Source: a virus
Virus record (IMG/VR): IMGVR_UViG_3300023184_000035
Span: 32,001 to 96,000 of that record
DNA: 64,000 nucleotides
Reading direction: 5' to 3' (one strand)
Under the pieces are notes generated by a model. That model did no database searches and was not told where the DNA came from. It was given only the letters and a program-made list of their open reading frames with translations. The position numbers and the translations under genes were made by a program. Of the stretch, positions 48,327 to 58,390 are shown piece after piece; positions within the stretch are counted from its first letter, which is position 1, and each line of letters opens with the position of its first letter.

Positions 48327-49532
48327 ATGGCAACAGCCACACCTACCTACGCGGCACTGCGCAACGCAAAATACCGCAACACTTCCAGTCACTTTGTGGA
48401 CCTGGTACAACGTCTAAACGACACCATCAACAACCTTCCCAAGCGAGCTCAAACCAATTGGACTAGCAGTCTCAAGAAAGCCATTCAGTCGTTCAAGAAA
48501 AGTTATCCCAACGTAAAAAACTTCAGCGATCGCAAACTGTTTCGCTTGTGCAAAGCCTACGACATTCCACTCATGGACATCATGGTCGATACCACCATGC
48601 AACGTGAGCCGGACTTGCAGTGGATTTTGAAGATCATCACCAACTTCCGTGCCTATCAAGCACAACCCATGCAGGTGTTTGCCACAGCAGATGGTAAATG
48701 GGGTGCCTGGGATAGCCAGCACACTGCCCTGGCCATGTATTTGATTGCAGAACACGCACTGGGCTTGGACTTGACCACTGTCATGGTTCCAGCTAACATT
48801 TACGATGTCACCAGTCGTGCGGACCTGCGCAACTTGTTCATCAACATGAACACCACTACAGGCAAGAACGCTGGTAAAAAGCCCTTGGACATCATTGACA
48901 TCTATGAGCAAATGATCTATGGTGTTGAGGTAGATGGCGTTACTGAACAAGACTGGGTGGATGCGCACACCAAATGGCAACACCTGGCAGCAGGTGGCAT
49001 GTTTGTCACTGCGGAAAAGTTCAACAACACAGATGAAACCGGGGCAATCAGTCGTCTCAATGAGATCATGGACTCCAGTCCAGAAGTGGTGCGCCAATTT
49101 GCCGTGTACGGCAAATATGTGGTTGAGTCTCAAGACACAGTAAAAAATCCTCGCAGTATCAACAGCAAGGAAATTCCCATTATACTTGAGTTTTTGAATT
49201 TGTGTGAACAAAATCAAATCCGATACAGTGATGCAGTGATTGAAGATCTTGCACGACATTGCATTGACTTGTTTGACGCCAATTTTGACGCCAAAGGACC
49301 TTACTGGATTCAAGTACATGACGCCAACGTCAACGCCTACAACAAGGCTCACAAAGGTATCCCCAAGCACATGTGGCCTGAGGCTCCTCGCAATGCCAAG
49401 AACACACCGCAAGGCACTGCATTCTTTTGGCATCAGCTCATGAAGAGCTGGGTGCCCAATCAAGCTGCCGGCTTTAAGTTTCCCAAACAACCATTCAGTG
49501 TGTATACACCTGACGTCAAGGACCTTTACTAA
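48327..49532 (+). CDS. ParB/Srx-superfamily (DGQH-like) protein
   Basis: VDTTMQRE and WDSQHT motifs, F..MN. Confidence 0.6.
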   Translation: MATATPTYAALRNAKYRNTSSHFVDLVQRLNDTINNLPKRAQTNWTSSLKKAIQSFKKSYPNVKNFSDRKLFRLCKAYDIPLMDIMVDTTMQREPDLQWILKIITNFRAYQAQPMQVFATADGKWGAWDSQHTALAMYLIAEHALGLDLTTVMVPANIYDVTSRADLRNLFINMNTTTGKNAGKKPLDIIDIYEQMIYGVEVDGVTEQDWVDAHTKWQHLAAGGMFVTAEKFNNTDETGAISRLNEIMDSSPEVVRQFAVYGKYVVESQDTVKNPRSINSKEIPIILEFLNLCEQNQIRYSDAVIEDLARHCIDLFDANFDAKGPYWIQVHDANVNAYNKAHKGIPKHMWPEAPRNAKNTPQGTAFFWHQLMKSWVPNQAAGFKFPKQPFSVYTPDVKDLY

Positions 49533-50053
49533 TGAGCCACTTTTTATACATTCACCCCTGCATGGCTGGTACTCCCAATGTATGGAAAGTTGGTGTTACA
49601 AAAACACCTTACTCAGCAGTGCGTGGTCGTCAAAAGTACACCTGGACCAAGTTCGGTCTGACTGATTTGTACTTTGGTGATCCAGTTGACATAGCTAGAT
49701 TGGAACAAAGAGTCAAGAAAGAATTCAAACACTTGTCAGGCAAAGTACTTCAAGGCTATGGTATGGAACTGTTTCAAATTGACAAAAAAATATTGAAACA
49801 ATCAATCGCGTCCCATATTGAACGTGGTAGTTTGCGTGTGAAACAGTTTGCTCTCAAAGAGCCTTACACTGCGTCCAGTAGTGGGCATTGCCCTTTTGGG
49901 ATTCCTGGTGAGAGTGAAGCTGACCAATGGTTGCATGAGAAATTTGTGAAAATGTTTAAATCTCATCCAACTGGTCAAGTCATAAAAAAACGTGTATTTG
50001 CACGAAACATGTTCCCTGAATTATATGAATACAACTCTTTTAGAACGTCGTGA
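49532..50053 (+). CDS. GIY-YIG-like (T5orf172-type) nuclease
   Basis: FLYI..WKVGVT..R..LE..VK..ELF. Confidence 0.6.
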   Translation: MSHFLYIHPCMAGTPNVWKVGVTKTPYSAVRGRQKYTWTKFGLTDLYFGDPVDIARLEQRVKKEFKHLSGKVLQGYGMELFQIDKKILKQSIASHIERGSLRVKQFALKEPYTASSSGHCPFGIPGESEADQWLHEKFVKMFKSHPTGQVIKKRVFARNMFPELYEYNSFRTS

Positions 50054-50585
50054 AGGCATTGCACAATTTGTGCAGACCAAGTACACCAACGTGGTACGCA
50101 ATGGGCTCAGTTACGACCAAACACGCGAGTGGGCGCACGCCGGTATCACTCGCTGTTTGGCTGAAATCAAGGCACTGCCCGCGCAAGACCAAGCCGCACG
50201 TCTCAAGCGCGATGAGCTGGAAAGCTATTTGCTTCGATACCACATCTACTGCATCAAACAAAACATTGGAGCACATTACCGTGAGGTTGGTGCTGCCAAA
50301 AAAGACTGTGACTTTGAGCATGTGATTCCCAAAGCAGTGGCACGTGAGCTTATGATCTATGATTTGATGACTGTGGATGAAGCATTGAACTTGCCAACTT
50401 GTCTGTTGCGAACAAAGAACCATGTCAAACTCAACAAAAAATCTGCCAGTACCACTCCAGACATTTGGGATTTTTGGGCTCGGTATCGTAACACGCTCAA
50501 GATCAAAATTGAAACACATGATGGCACCCCAGTGGACATGACAACATGGAATCTTGAAACGCATTATGAATATTTCAAAGGATAA
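50025..50585 (+). CDS. HNH-like (EHxxP) nuclease-domain protein
   Basis: DFEHVIPK...CLL....H..LN. Confidence 0.55.
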   Translation: MNTTLLERREGIAQFVQTKYTNVVRNGLSYDQTREWAHAGITRCLAEIKALPAQDQAARLKRDELESYLLRYHIYCIKQNIGAHYREVGAAKKDCDFEHVIPKAVARELMIYDLMTVDEALNLPTCLLRTKNHVKLNKKSASTTPDIWDFWARYRNTLKIKIETHDGTPVDMTTWNLETHYEYFKG

Positions 50586-50590
50586 CTCCT

Positions 50591-50782
50591 GTGCAAAAAT
50601 CAGACATTGAACAACGCATGACCAAGCTCATGGCTCCTGTGGACCAGCAGATCATGATGTGTGATGACCGAGAAGACCTGCTCATGATGGCCTGTGCTAT
50701 GTTGCAACGTGTGGACGAAATATTCACAAAAGAGCTTGGTGAACGCGGGCGAGAACAAATGTTCCGGGAACAATTAAAGTAA
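50591..50782 (+). CDS. small hypothetical protein
   Basis: AAGGA SD, GTG start. Confidence 0.65.
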   Translation: MQKSDIEQRMTKLMAPVDQQIMMCDDREDLLMMACAMLQRVDEIFTKELGERGREQMFREQLK

Positions 50783-50888
50783 TACTCAAGTATTACCTTT
50801 TGTAACCCTGCACTCAGCAGGGTTTTTCTTGACCAAATATTGCCCAAATGCTATAATATGGACATATTGTAACAACAAGGAGTCAGCA
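50779..50888 (+). promoter_or_regulatory. palindrome-terminator-promoter cassette copy 2
   Basis: GTAATACT-CA-AGTATTAC, CCCTGC-ACTCA-GCAGGG+T-run, TTGACC-17-TATAAT, conserved leader. Confidence 0.88.
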
Positions 50889-51155
50889 ATGAAAGCACTC
50901 GACGCATACATTGACCAGCAAAACAGTTGGAACGCCATTTTTAATGGTGTCAAGTTTGAAATTCACACTAGTGAAGGTCGCAAACGTGTGGCGCAAAATA
51001 TTGATGCCGCACTGAGCCCCGAAAATCTCAGCTGTGACGGTGAACTGCCCCGTGCGCAAGTGCAAGCCCGTTATCGCTCACTCACAGCGGCTGCTCGGGA
51101 CTTGGTGCGCCTGGACCCCAGCGTGGCTCAGTTCATGTACGAATTTGGAGAATAA
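50889..51155 (+). CDS. conserved early protein (LSPENLSCDGE motif)
   Basis: SD and promoter. Confidence 0.75.
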   Translation: MKALDAYIDQQNSWNAIFNGVKFEIHTSEGRKRVAQNIDAALSPENLSCDGELPRAQVQARYRSLTAAARDLVRLDPSVAQFMYEFGE

Positions 51156-51156
51156 C

Positions 51157-51357
51157 ATGTGGACCATTGCTGTAATCTTTGCCAGCTCTGTGCAGAACAT
51201 AGGGCAGTTTGCAAATCAAGCCGAGTGCGACCGTGCCTTGGCACAGTTCCAAAAACCTGGCGTGGTAGCGGGTTGCATCAAACAACCTACCCCGGAGCAA
51301 AGCCTAGCACAGGCGCAACGCATGATGAATTCCTTTATCACCAGCATGGAAAAGTAA
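51157..51357 (+). CDS. small hypothetical protein
   Basis: GGAG SD. Confidence 0.6.
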   Translation: MWTIAVIFASSVQNIGQFANQAECDRALAQFQKPGVVAGCIKQPTPEQSLAQAQRMMNSFITSMEK

Positions 51358-51440
51358 TACTTTTTTAGTACTACATTTCGGTTGACCGAATATTCCCAAA
51401 ATGCTATAATAATGGCATACAAAGCAAAAAGGAGCCTGCA

Positions 51441-51770
51441 ATGATTAAAGAAAAAGAACTCAACTCACGTGCCGCTGGTGTTTATGCATGGGCGGCTGCA
51501 CAAGACGCTCATCGCTACAGTGATGAGTGCCGCATGCGTTACACATCTGCGCAACGTGCCCGGGCTGAGACATTTAAAGATCTTGTAGAGATGGCATACA
51601 CCAATGTTCGTCCCGAGCCCACTTATCGTAAAAAGTTTGTGGTAATCAAAGTTGAGCACGGACAAGTCCGGGACCGTAAAATGGCACAAGAGATTGATGC
51701 TATTGTTGCCGAGCGCAATTATGAAAAAACTGTGACCCCACAAGGGTTTAACTTTCGTATTACTTTTTAA
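51441..51770 (+). CDS. hypothetical early protein
   Basis: Promoter 51382-51410, SD. Confidence 0.72.
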   Translation: MIKEKELNSRAAGVYAWAAAQDAHRYSDECRMRYTSAQRARAETFKDLVEMAYTNVRPEPTYRKKFVVIKVEHGQVRDRKMAQEIDAIVAERNYEKTVTPQGFNFRITF

Positions 51771-51835
51771 AACGGTTGACAGGTAATAGCCGAAATGCTA
51801 TAATATGGACATATTGTAACAAACAGGAGTTGGAA

Positions 51836-52309
51836 ATGAGCACAAACAGTCGTATCGCAGTCATGCATGGCACAGTTTGCAAAAGCATCTACTGTCATTG
51901 GGACGGTTACTTGCACTTTAATGGACGTATCTTGCAAGAGAGCTACGACAGTTCCAAGGCCAATCACCTTGTGGCACTGGGTGACTTGAGCAGCCTGCGA
52001 GCCACGATTGGCGAGAAGCATGCGTTCAGTCAGTTTGAAGTTCCTACTGAAGAAGTAGAAGCATACAAGACGCTGACAGAAAACATGTGTACCTTTTACG
52101 GTCGCGATCGTGGCGAGAAGCACACTGAGCACAAAGTGGCAGTGAACTTCGAAACTTTCCTGGAACAGTGCAACATGTGCGGTGCCGAGTACTACTACAT
52201 CATGGAAGATGGTCAGTGGTACTATGGTAGCATGCACGAAAGCGATCCTTTCTACAAGCGCCTGGTGTTGTTGAGTGACGCACTGGAATCTGAAACGGTT
52301 GACCAATAA
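51836..52309 (+). CDS. conserved early protein (MSTNSRI..IYCHWDGY)
   Basis: Promoter 51776-51804, SD. Confidence 0.78.
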   Translation: MSTNSRIAVMHGTVCKSIYCHWDGYLHFNGRILQESYDSSKANHLVALGDLSSLRATIGEKHAFSQFEVPTEEVEAYKTLTENMCTFYGRDRGEKHTEHKVAVNFETFLEQCNMCGAEYYYIMEDGQWYYGSMHESDPFYKRLVLLSDALESETVDQ

Positions 52310-52357
52310 TTCCCAAAGTGCTATAATACGAACATACAAAGCAAAAAGGAGTTGACA

Positions 52358-52582
52358 ATGCAAGACGCACAAGAGATCTATTACGGCATGTTTACAGATG
52401 CTGGCAATCAAGAAGTTGCCGCTATTGTAAAACACGCCAAGGCAAAACAACTTACGTGGGCACAGACTTACAAACTGTTGTCACAGTTGGCAATGGTTTC
52501 AGATTATGCTGAAGCCCTGGACACCATGGTGCGTGAGATGGTGTATGACGCAATCGGCGCTGATGGCCCTTTTTACATCTAA
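52358..52582 (+). CDS. hypothetical early protein
   Basis: Promoter 52299-52327, SD. Confidence 0.72.
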   Translation: MQDAQEIYYGMFTDAGNQEVAAIVKHAKAKQLTWAQTYKLLSQLAMVSDYAEALDTMVREMVYDAIGADGPFYI

Positions 52583-52589
52583 GGAGACG

Positions 52590-52784
52590 ATGATGAAAAT
52601 ACGCAACGAATATTTGTGGCTGGTACTGTTGGTGGCTGTGATTGCAGGTGGTCCGCTGTTGAGCATCTGGGCCTTGAATACACTGTTTCCTGTGTTGGCT
52701 ATTCCTTACACCCTAGAGACCTGGGCCGCAATGGCCTTGGTTGGTGGCGTATTTCAAAGTTTGAAAATTGGTAAGAAAGACTGA
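52590..52784 (+). CDS. small membrane protein
   Basis: Hydrophobic; IWALNTLFP. Confidence 0.7.
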   Translation: MMKIRNEYLWLVLLVAVIAGGPLLSIWALNTLFPVLAIPYTLETWAAMALVGGVFQSLKIGKKD

Positions 52785-52785
52785 T

Positions 52786-53553
52786 ATGTTTGTAGATGTC
52801 TCTAACATGACAGCCCGCGAAATACAACGCCTGGGCCACGAGGACGATGAGGGGCCTGTGCAACGCCGGTGGAAGCCACGTACTACTGCCGGTGGTGGGC
52901 ATCGTGGCTACAGTGTAAGCGATGTGTGGGGTGCCGCATGTCATGCACAATGCATCAACGGTGTGTACGTCAAAGAAGATTTATGGGAATGGCCCTCAGA
53001 GTCAGCAACTGCTATGCAACTCAAACGCAAAAGCAATCGCAACATCATGATGGATGCATTAGAAAATCCTTTCATGATCACAGACGAAGATCGCTCAGCA
53101 GGCGAGCAGTGCATGAAGTTCATTTCTAATGACATGACGTTCCGCGCACTGCAAAACAAACTCACAGACTTTGACCGCAGTGTGATGAAGATCACTGCTG
53201 TGACAGATCGATTCTTTCCGCAGGCGCATAAATTAGAATTGGCCACTGTGGCTTGTTTGCCCAACAGTCATCAACGTGCCCTGACACGCATTGCGGAACA
53301 GGACAGACTCAATCAGACTGCTGGTTATATAGGTGCTGTGGGCGACAAGGTCACCATCAACGTGGACATTGTTCGCTGTGTATTCAGTCAGAAGTGGAAC
53401 ACCTACTACGCAACTGGTATCACCAGCAACAATGAAACAGTGTTCTTTTCCATCCGTGAACCGCTAAACACAGGCACCTTGCTGTCAGTGCAGGGCACTG
53501 TGAAAGCGCACCGGGATGGACAGACTCAACTCAACCGCGTGAAGGTGCTATGA
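52786..53553 (+). CDS. protein with C-terminal OB-fold
   Basis: YIG.VGDKV...GTVKAH...QTQLNRVK. Confidence 0.7.
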   Translation: MFVDVSNMTAREIQRLGHEDDEGPVQRRWKPRTTAGGGHRGYSVSDVWGAACHAQCINGVYVKEDLWEWPSESATAMQLKRKSNRNIMMDALENPFMITDEDRSAGEQCMKFISNDMTFRALQNKLTDFDRSVMKITAVTDRFFPQAHKLELATVACLPNSHQRALTRIAEQDRLNQTAGYIGAVGDKVTINVDIVRCVFSQKWNTYYATGITSNNETVFFSIREPLNTGTLLSVQGTVKAHRDGQTQLNRVKVL

Positions 53554-53808
53554 GATTGGTGTTGGTTGTGTTTGCGTTGACAGGGTGTAGTGTGTTTCAC
53601 GACGCCCGAGATGAATTCAAGAAAGAAGTAACTGGTGTTCAATCAGAATTTGCTAGACTTTACAACAAGGAGAACTCAAATGAGTAAGATTTTAATTGGT
53701 TTTGTGTTGGGATTGATTGTGGCTAGTGTGGGCTTCTCGGGCATTGCCCGAATTGCCGACCGAGGTGTCCAAACCATCCAAACACAGAGCAAAGAATTGG
53801 CCCAGTAA
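53550..53808 (+). CDS. small lipoprotein (53550-53687, LTGC) and small membrane protein (53680-53808)
   Basis: Hand-read ORFs, overlaps and SD. Confidence 0.5.
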
Positions 53809-53937
53809 ATTGGGCAAATCAAATCTAAATTGTGCAAAAAGTGGTTGACACAGATACCGTTTTGTTGTATAATTTGGATATGCTGAAGCACAGCATGTTT
53901 CGTAATTTAACTTTAGGCAACTCAGAAAGGCAACAAA

Positions 53938-54294
53938 ATGTCAAATGACAAACTCTTTACCGTAGCAGGCACCGCAACTCACAAAGGCGTGACCAAGGTA
54001 CGCTTTGCAAACGACTTGGTGGCTCGCATCAAGATCCTGGCCAAGGCCGGCGCAACTGATGTCAACTTGGTGGAACTGCCCCAAGCTATGACCAAACTGC
54101 AAGCACTCAAGTACTTGCAAGAACAAGGTATCACTGCTGGTGATGCTGGCTTTGCTGTGGCCAACAAACTGGCTGAGAAAAGCAAAGTGGCCAAGAAAGG
54201 CGAAGTCAAAGTGTCTGCAAGCGGCACCAAGGCCAAGTCTAAAACTGCTCCTGCAACTGTTCGATCAGATGCAGTTGAAAGCACCAACGCCTAA
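53938..54294 (+). CDS. basic hypothetical protein (KVRFAND motif)
   Basis: Consensus promoter upstream, terminator 54314-54338 downstream. Confidence 0.78.
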   Translation: MSNDKLFTVAGTATHKGVTKVRFANDLVARIKILAKAGATDVNLVELPQAMTKLQALKYLQEQGITAGDAGFAVANKLAEKSKVAKKGEVKVSASGTKAKSKTAPATVRSDAVESTNA

Positions 54295-54366
54295 TACAAA
54301 CAGGCTCCCAACAACGCCGTCAATGACGGCGTTTTTTATTGACTCGTCAATCGAGATAATTACTGT

Positions 54367-54872
54367 ATGCTGGAATTTGAAGATGACCCCATTTACGAAT
54401 ACGCCAAGACTGTGATGTTTCAAATCATGACAGTGCTGTACATGAACGGACGCACAGAAGCACACGTGGGTGCCATAATGCGGCTGTTGGGTGTGGATGA
54501 AGACCATGCTAGACTGCATGATGATGAACGCATTGAGCTGGACGAAAATTTTGCCCGGATGGCTGCGGAATTAAATATGAATGAGCTTGTGTCTGCTCAA
54601 GTCCCCCAAGGAACCACAATCCATTAATGTCTATCCCCACATACCGTGCAGTTGAACCACTGTACATTGTGATGTTGCGCAACAACCAAGCTGAGCCCAT
54701 GTTCAAGACTTGGATACGCCGACATCAAATTGAACATGCCAATGTCACTGGCAACCGAATGATGCTTCATCACCAGCAAGCCTTTGATCGATTTCTTGTG
54801 ACATGGACACATGAGTGGACTGCCATCACTGTGTGGGACACTTGGAACCGCAGACACATCTACATGGACTAG
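54367..54872 (+). CDS. two hypothetical genes (54367-54627, 54627-54872)
   Basis: TAATG overlap. Confidence 0.65.
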
Positions 54873-54954
54873 GCAGGAGTGCCAAATTCCTGTGTTTTTC
54901 TTGACATGCTGTGATAATGCATGTATAATTACTATTCATAACAAAGGAGTCATA

Positions 54955-55146
54955 ATGACCAATCATGAACAAATCGTAGCCGCTTACGACACATACATTG
55001 CGGAAAATGAAAAATTCACAGCCAAGGGTGTGAAAGCCGCGGCTGCCCGTGCTAGAAAAGCCTTGCAAGAAATGACCAAAGGTATCAAAGAGCGCAGAAA
55101 AGAAATCACAGCAGAGAAAGAAGCACTTGCGGCAGCACCCAAGTAA
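54955..55146 (+). CDS. Hc1-like small basic DNA-binding protein
   Basis: KF..KG.KAAAARARKALQE..K..KE.RKEI. Confidence 0.72.
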   Translation: MTNHEQIVAAYDTYIAENEKFTAKGVKAAAARARKALQEMTKGIKERRKEITAEKEALAAAPK

Positions 55147-55295
55147 CGCTCAGCCTGAGATGCAGGAGTTACATTCGTGGCCCTTGCATCTCACTGCCGA
55201 CTTGCGGCAGCGACTGTTGGATGATAAAATGCGTCGAGCCCAGCATTACTGGCAGGCGCAGGAAAAAATCCGCAGTGCCAAAAATCCACAAAATC

Positions 55296-55784
55296 ATGGC
55301 AATCACAACTGATCAAATTCCCACCATAACCATAGATGAACTAAGCGATCATCTCGATCATCTAACCAGTGGCGTCAGCACCGACACCATAACCTGGGGC
55401 AACAGCTCAATCTGGAGCACAACCGGAACAGTGGTACCGGGCTATGGTGCTGCTATTGGTGGTCAAAATGCTTACACCTACGCAACCAATACCACTAGCC
55501 CTTGGATTAGCGTTAGCAATGGTGGCACTGGGTCAATCAACCCCAGTGCCAGCATAGAAATCAAAGGCGAAGACGCTGACATCAAGATCAATGGCAAAAG
55601 CATGGTGACCTGGATGGAGGCGGTAGAAGAACGACTTAACATACTCACACCCAATCCTGAACTGGAAAAAGACTGGGATGACTTGCGCAGACTGGGGCAA
55701 CGCTACAGAGCCTTGGAAAAGAAATGCAAGGAAAAAGCACAGATGTGGGCGGCCTTGAAAAAAGTACAACCTCGACAACCATGA
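55296..55784 (+). CDS. hypothetical protein
   Basis: DADIKINGKS..IEERL.IL.PN pattern. Confidence 0.7.
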   Translation: MAITTDQIPTITIDELSDHLDHLTSGVSTDTITWGNSSIWSTTGTVVPGYGAAIGGQNAYTYATNTTSPWISVSNGGTGSINPSASIEIKGEDADIKINGKSMVTWMEAVEERLNILTPNPELEKDWDDLRRLGQRYRALEKKCKEKAQMWAALKKVQPRQP

Positions 55785-57166
55785 GCACATGGGCAGAGTT
55801 TTACAATCAAATCCGAGATCCTGCATGGCCTGACTGCAAACAAGAACATCAGTTCTCACAACTACCCGAACATATTCAAAAAGAATGCTGTGAAGTATTT
55901 GGGTATGTTCCGGGTGCATTTAAAAAACAATCCAAGCTGCCCAATCGGGTGTTTCCAATCAACACAGCAACAGCTTGTCAGTTAAAATGGAACTGGAGCA
56001 CAATATATCTTACCACAGAAGACACAGCCAGTTGTCATAGAACCACTCATCATAAATTTGACACTGACACGTTTGATTTTCACAACACGCCTAGTAAATT
56101 GCAAGACCGGCGGCACATGTTGGCGGGCAAATGGCCCGAACATGGTTGCGAATACTGTCGTGATATAGAGCAGGCAGGTGGACAAAGCGATCGTATTACC
56201 AATTTGGACTTCCCAGGTATACATGCGCCTCCTGAGCTAGATCAAGATCCTGTGGCGGTTGATGTTACTCCTCGTATACTAGAAGTATATTTCGACAACA
56301 CTTGCAATTTAAAATGCCTGTACTGTGGTCCTCACTTTAGCAGTCTGTGGGACGCTGAAAACATTCGACATGGCGCTGGGGCATTTGCCAAGAGTGCCAA
56401 TATTGAAAGCAACAAACAAAAGATATTTTCTTGGTTGAGGCAACATGGGCACAACCTTACAGTGTTCAATATTTTAGGTGGCGAGCCACTGTATCAAGAC
56501 GAACTTGATCAATGCTTGGATTTATTTGAGCAGCATCCTGCACCCGAACTTAAATTACAAATATTTACAAATCTCAATGCCAAGTTGAGTCGTGTAAAAA
56601 ATTTAGTTGAACGTGTTAAACAATTGATTGATCAGAACAAACTGAGAGAATTTGAAATAACTGCCAGTTTGGATTGCTGGGGTACACCGCAAGAATATGT
56701 GCGATACCCATTGGATCTCTCTGTATGGGAAAAGAACTTTGAATACTTGGTAGACCAACCTTGGATAAATTTAATTATTAACTCCACAGTGACACCACTC
56801 ACTGTAAAAACTCTACCTGATTTACTGCAAAGAATAAATCAGTGGAGTACAACTAGAAAAATATATCACTATCAAAATTCTGTCAACGGCCCCAGTTACA
56901 TGTTTATTGACATATTTGGCGGAATTTTTCAAAATGATTTTGATCAAGCCCTGGCCATCAAGCCAACTAATACTCCAGAAGAACAATCTAGTACTCAGTA
57001 CTTGAAAGGCATTGCACAACAAAGTTTGCATCGTGGCCCCAACGTGCCTGAAATAAAAAAACTTTTTAATTTTTTAAACGAAAATGATCGTCGACGTAAT
57101 ACCAGCTGGTCCACGGTGTTTCCTTGGCTGGTTGAAGAATTTGTCAAATATGATCTAAAAATTTGA
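55781..57166 (+). CDS. radical SAM protein with twitch-like domain
   Basis: CNLKCLYC, GGEP, CEYC. Confidence 0.88.
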   Translation: MSTWAEFYNQIRDPAWPDCKQEHQFSQLPEHIQKECCEVFGYVPGAFKKQSKLPNRVFPINTATACQLKWNWSTIYLTTEDTASCHRTTHHKFDTDTFDFHNTPSKLQDRRHMLAGKWPEHGCEYCRDIEQAGGQSDRITNLDFPGIHAPPELDQDPVAVDVTPRILEVYFDNTCNLKCLYCGPHFSSLWDAENIRHGAGAFAKSANIESNKQKIFSWLRQHGHNLTVFNILGGEPLYQDELDQCLDLFEQHPAPELKLQIFTNLNAKLSRVKNLVERVKQLIDQNKLREFEITASLDCWGTPQEYVRYPLDLSVWEKNFEYLVDQPWINLIINSTVTPLTVKTLPDLLQRINQWSTTRKIYHYQNSVNGPSYMFIDIFGGIFQNDFDQALAIKPTNTPEEQSSTQYLKGIAQQSLHRGPNVPEIKKLFNFLNENDRRRNTSWSTVFPWLVEEFVKYDLKI

Positions 57167-57197
57167 CACACAATACAAATCATTATATAATGCTATT

Positions 57198-58010
57198 ATG
57201 ATACCCAAAACACCTAAACAACGCATCAAACACATCGTCAAGTGGATCCAAGACTATGCTCGCAAAGCAAAGATTAATACCTTGGTGGTGGGTATTTCAG
57301 GCGGCATTGACAGCTCAGTTGTGAGTGCCTTGTGTGCTCGAACTGGCTTGAAAACCATTGTGGTACAAATGCCCATTCGCCAGAATAAGAAACTGGACAA
57401 CTTGAGTTCAGCACACGCAGGCTGGCTGTTGAATCATGTGCCCAGCTTCAGCATCACGCACATGATCATGGATTTGACCCCAGTGTTCACAGCATTTGAG
57501 AAAAAGCTCACACCTTTTGGCGACAGTGAACTGGCATTTGCCAACAGCAGAGCCCGACTGCGCATGATGACCCTGTATCAAATTGCACAGAGTCATGGTG
57601 GCATTGTGGTGGGCACAGGCAACAAAGTGGAAGATTTTGGCGTGGGATTCTTTACCAAGTACGGTGACGGTGGAGTGGATATCTCTCCCATTGGTGACTG
57701 TTTGAAAACTGAAGTCTGGGACATGGGACGAGAACTTGGCTTGCTCCAGGAGATCATCGATGCCCCGCCCACCGACGGACTCTGGGCCGATGACCGTAAC
57801 GACGAAGATCAACTGGGCATGAACTACCCTGAACTGGAACGCATGATGAGCATTGACTTTTTGAAGCGAGCCAAGATCGTGGATTCAGACATGCCTGGCA
57901 GCGCCAAACTCAATGCTGACGATCGAAAAAAATTAAAACGTTATCAAGAACTACGTGCTCAGAACATGCACAAGATGATGTCTATCCCTGTTTGTACAAT
58001 GCCCCGTTAA
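57198..58010 (+). CDS. nadE: NH3-dependent NAD+ synthetase
   Basis: GISGGIDS, N.RARLRM, GTGNK.E, FFTKYGDG, PPTDGL. Confidence 0.95.
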   Translation: MIPKTPKQRIKHIVKWIQDYARKAKINTLVVGISGGIDSSVVSALCARTGLKTIVVQMPIRQNKKLDNLSSAHAGWLLNHVPSFSITHMIMDLTPVFTAFEKKLTPFGDSELAFANSRARLRMMTLYQIAQSHGGIVVGTGNKVEDFGVGFFTKYGDGGVDISPIGDCLKTEVWDMGRELGLLQEIIDAPPTDGLWADDRNDEDQLGMNYPELERMMSIDFLKRAKIVDSDMPGSAKLNADDRKKLKRYQELRAQNMHKMMSIPVCTMPR

Positions 58011-58085
58011 CTACAATGTTAATGGCAAAAACACACCATTTTGACAGTTTTTTGACAGCCTTACAGCTAGATCAAATAAGTAAAA

Positions 58086-58390
58086 GTGGTGGTAGAACAA
58101 CACATTGCAATCTAATAGGATCTTCTACTGCTGATTGGTATCTTGTCCAATTGAATAAAACAAGTACCCGTGACACCAAAAGAGGTTTGTCCAAGCCAAA
58201 TTGGTGTTCGAAAGAGACTCTCGGAAAGTCTCTTCGTTGACAACTAGAATTGGACAGGCTCATTTCTCAGGACGCGAGCTTGTCCCAAACGAGTATGCCA
58301 AGGAGGCCCGAGGTCTATCTATGCTCATCTCAACTGCACTTTTGTCAACGTGATCTACTCGGGACTCCGCGTATAGCCACGTATTGGCAA
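58086..58390 (+). ncRNA. candidate large structured RNA / leader of cell-wall hydrolase
   Basis: At least 5 long stems and a 9-bp potential pseudoknot; follows ATAAGTA. Confidence 0.55.

Noticed and set aside
48414-49490. 358-aa minus-strand ORF
   Set aside because: Antisense shadow of 48327..49532; no SD or motifs
36951-52357. Repeats considered as a CRISPR array
   Set aside because: Separated by whole genes and contain -35/-10/SD; no regular spacers or cas genes
58205-58235. GGAAAGTC / AGAGACT resembling RNase P or group I intron cores
   Set aside because: Partner conserved segments are not found; explained by a local hairpin
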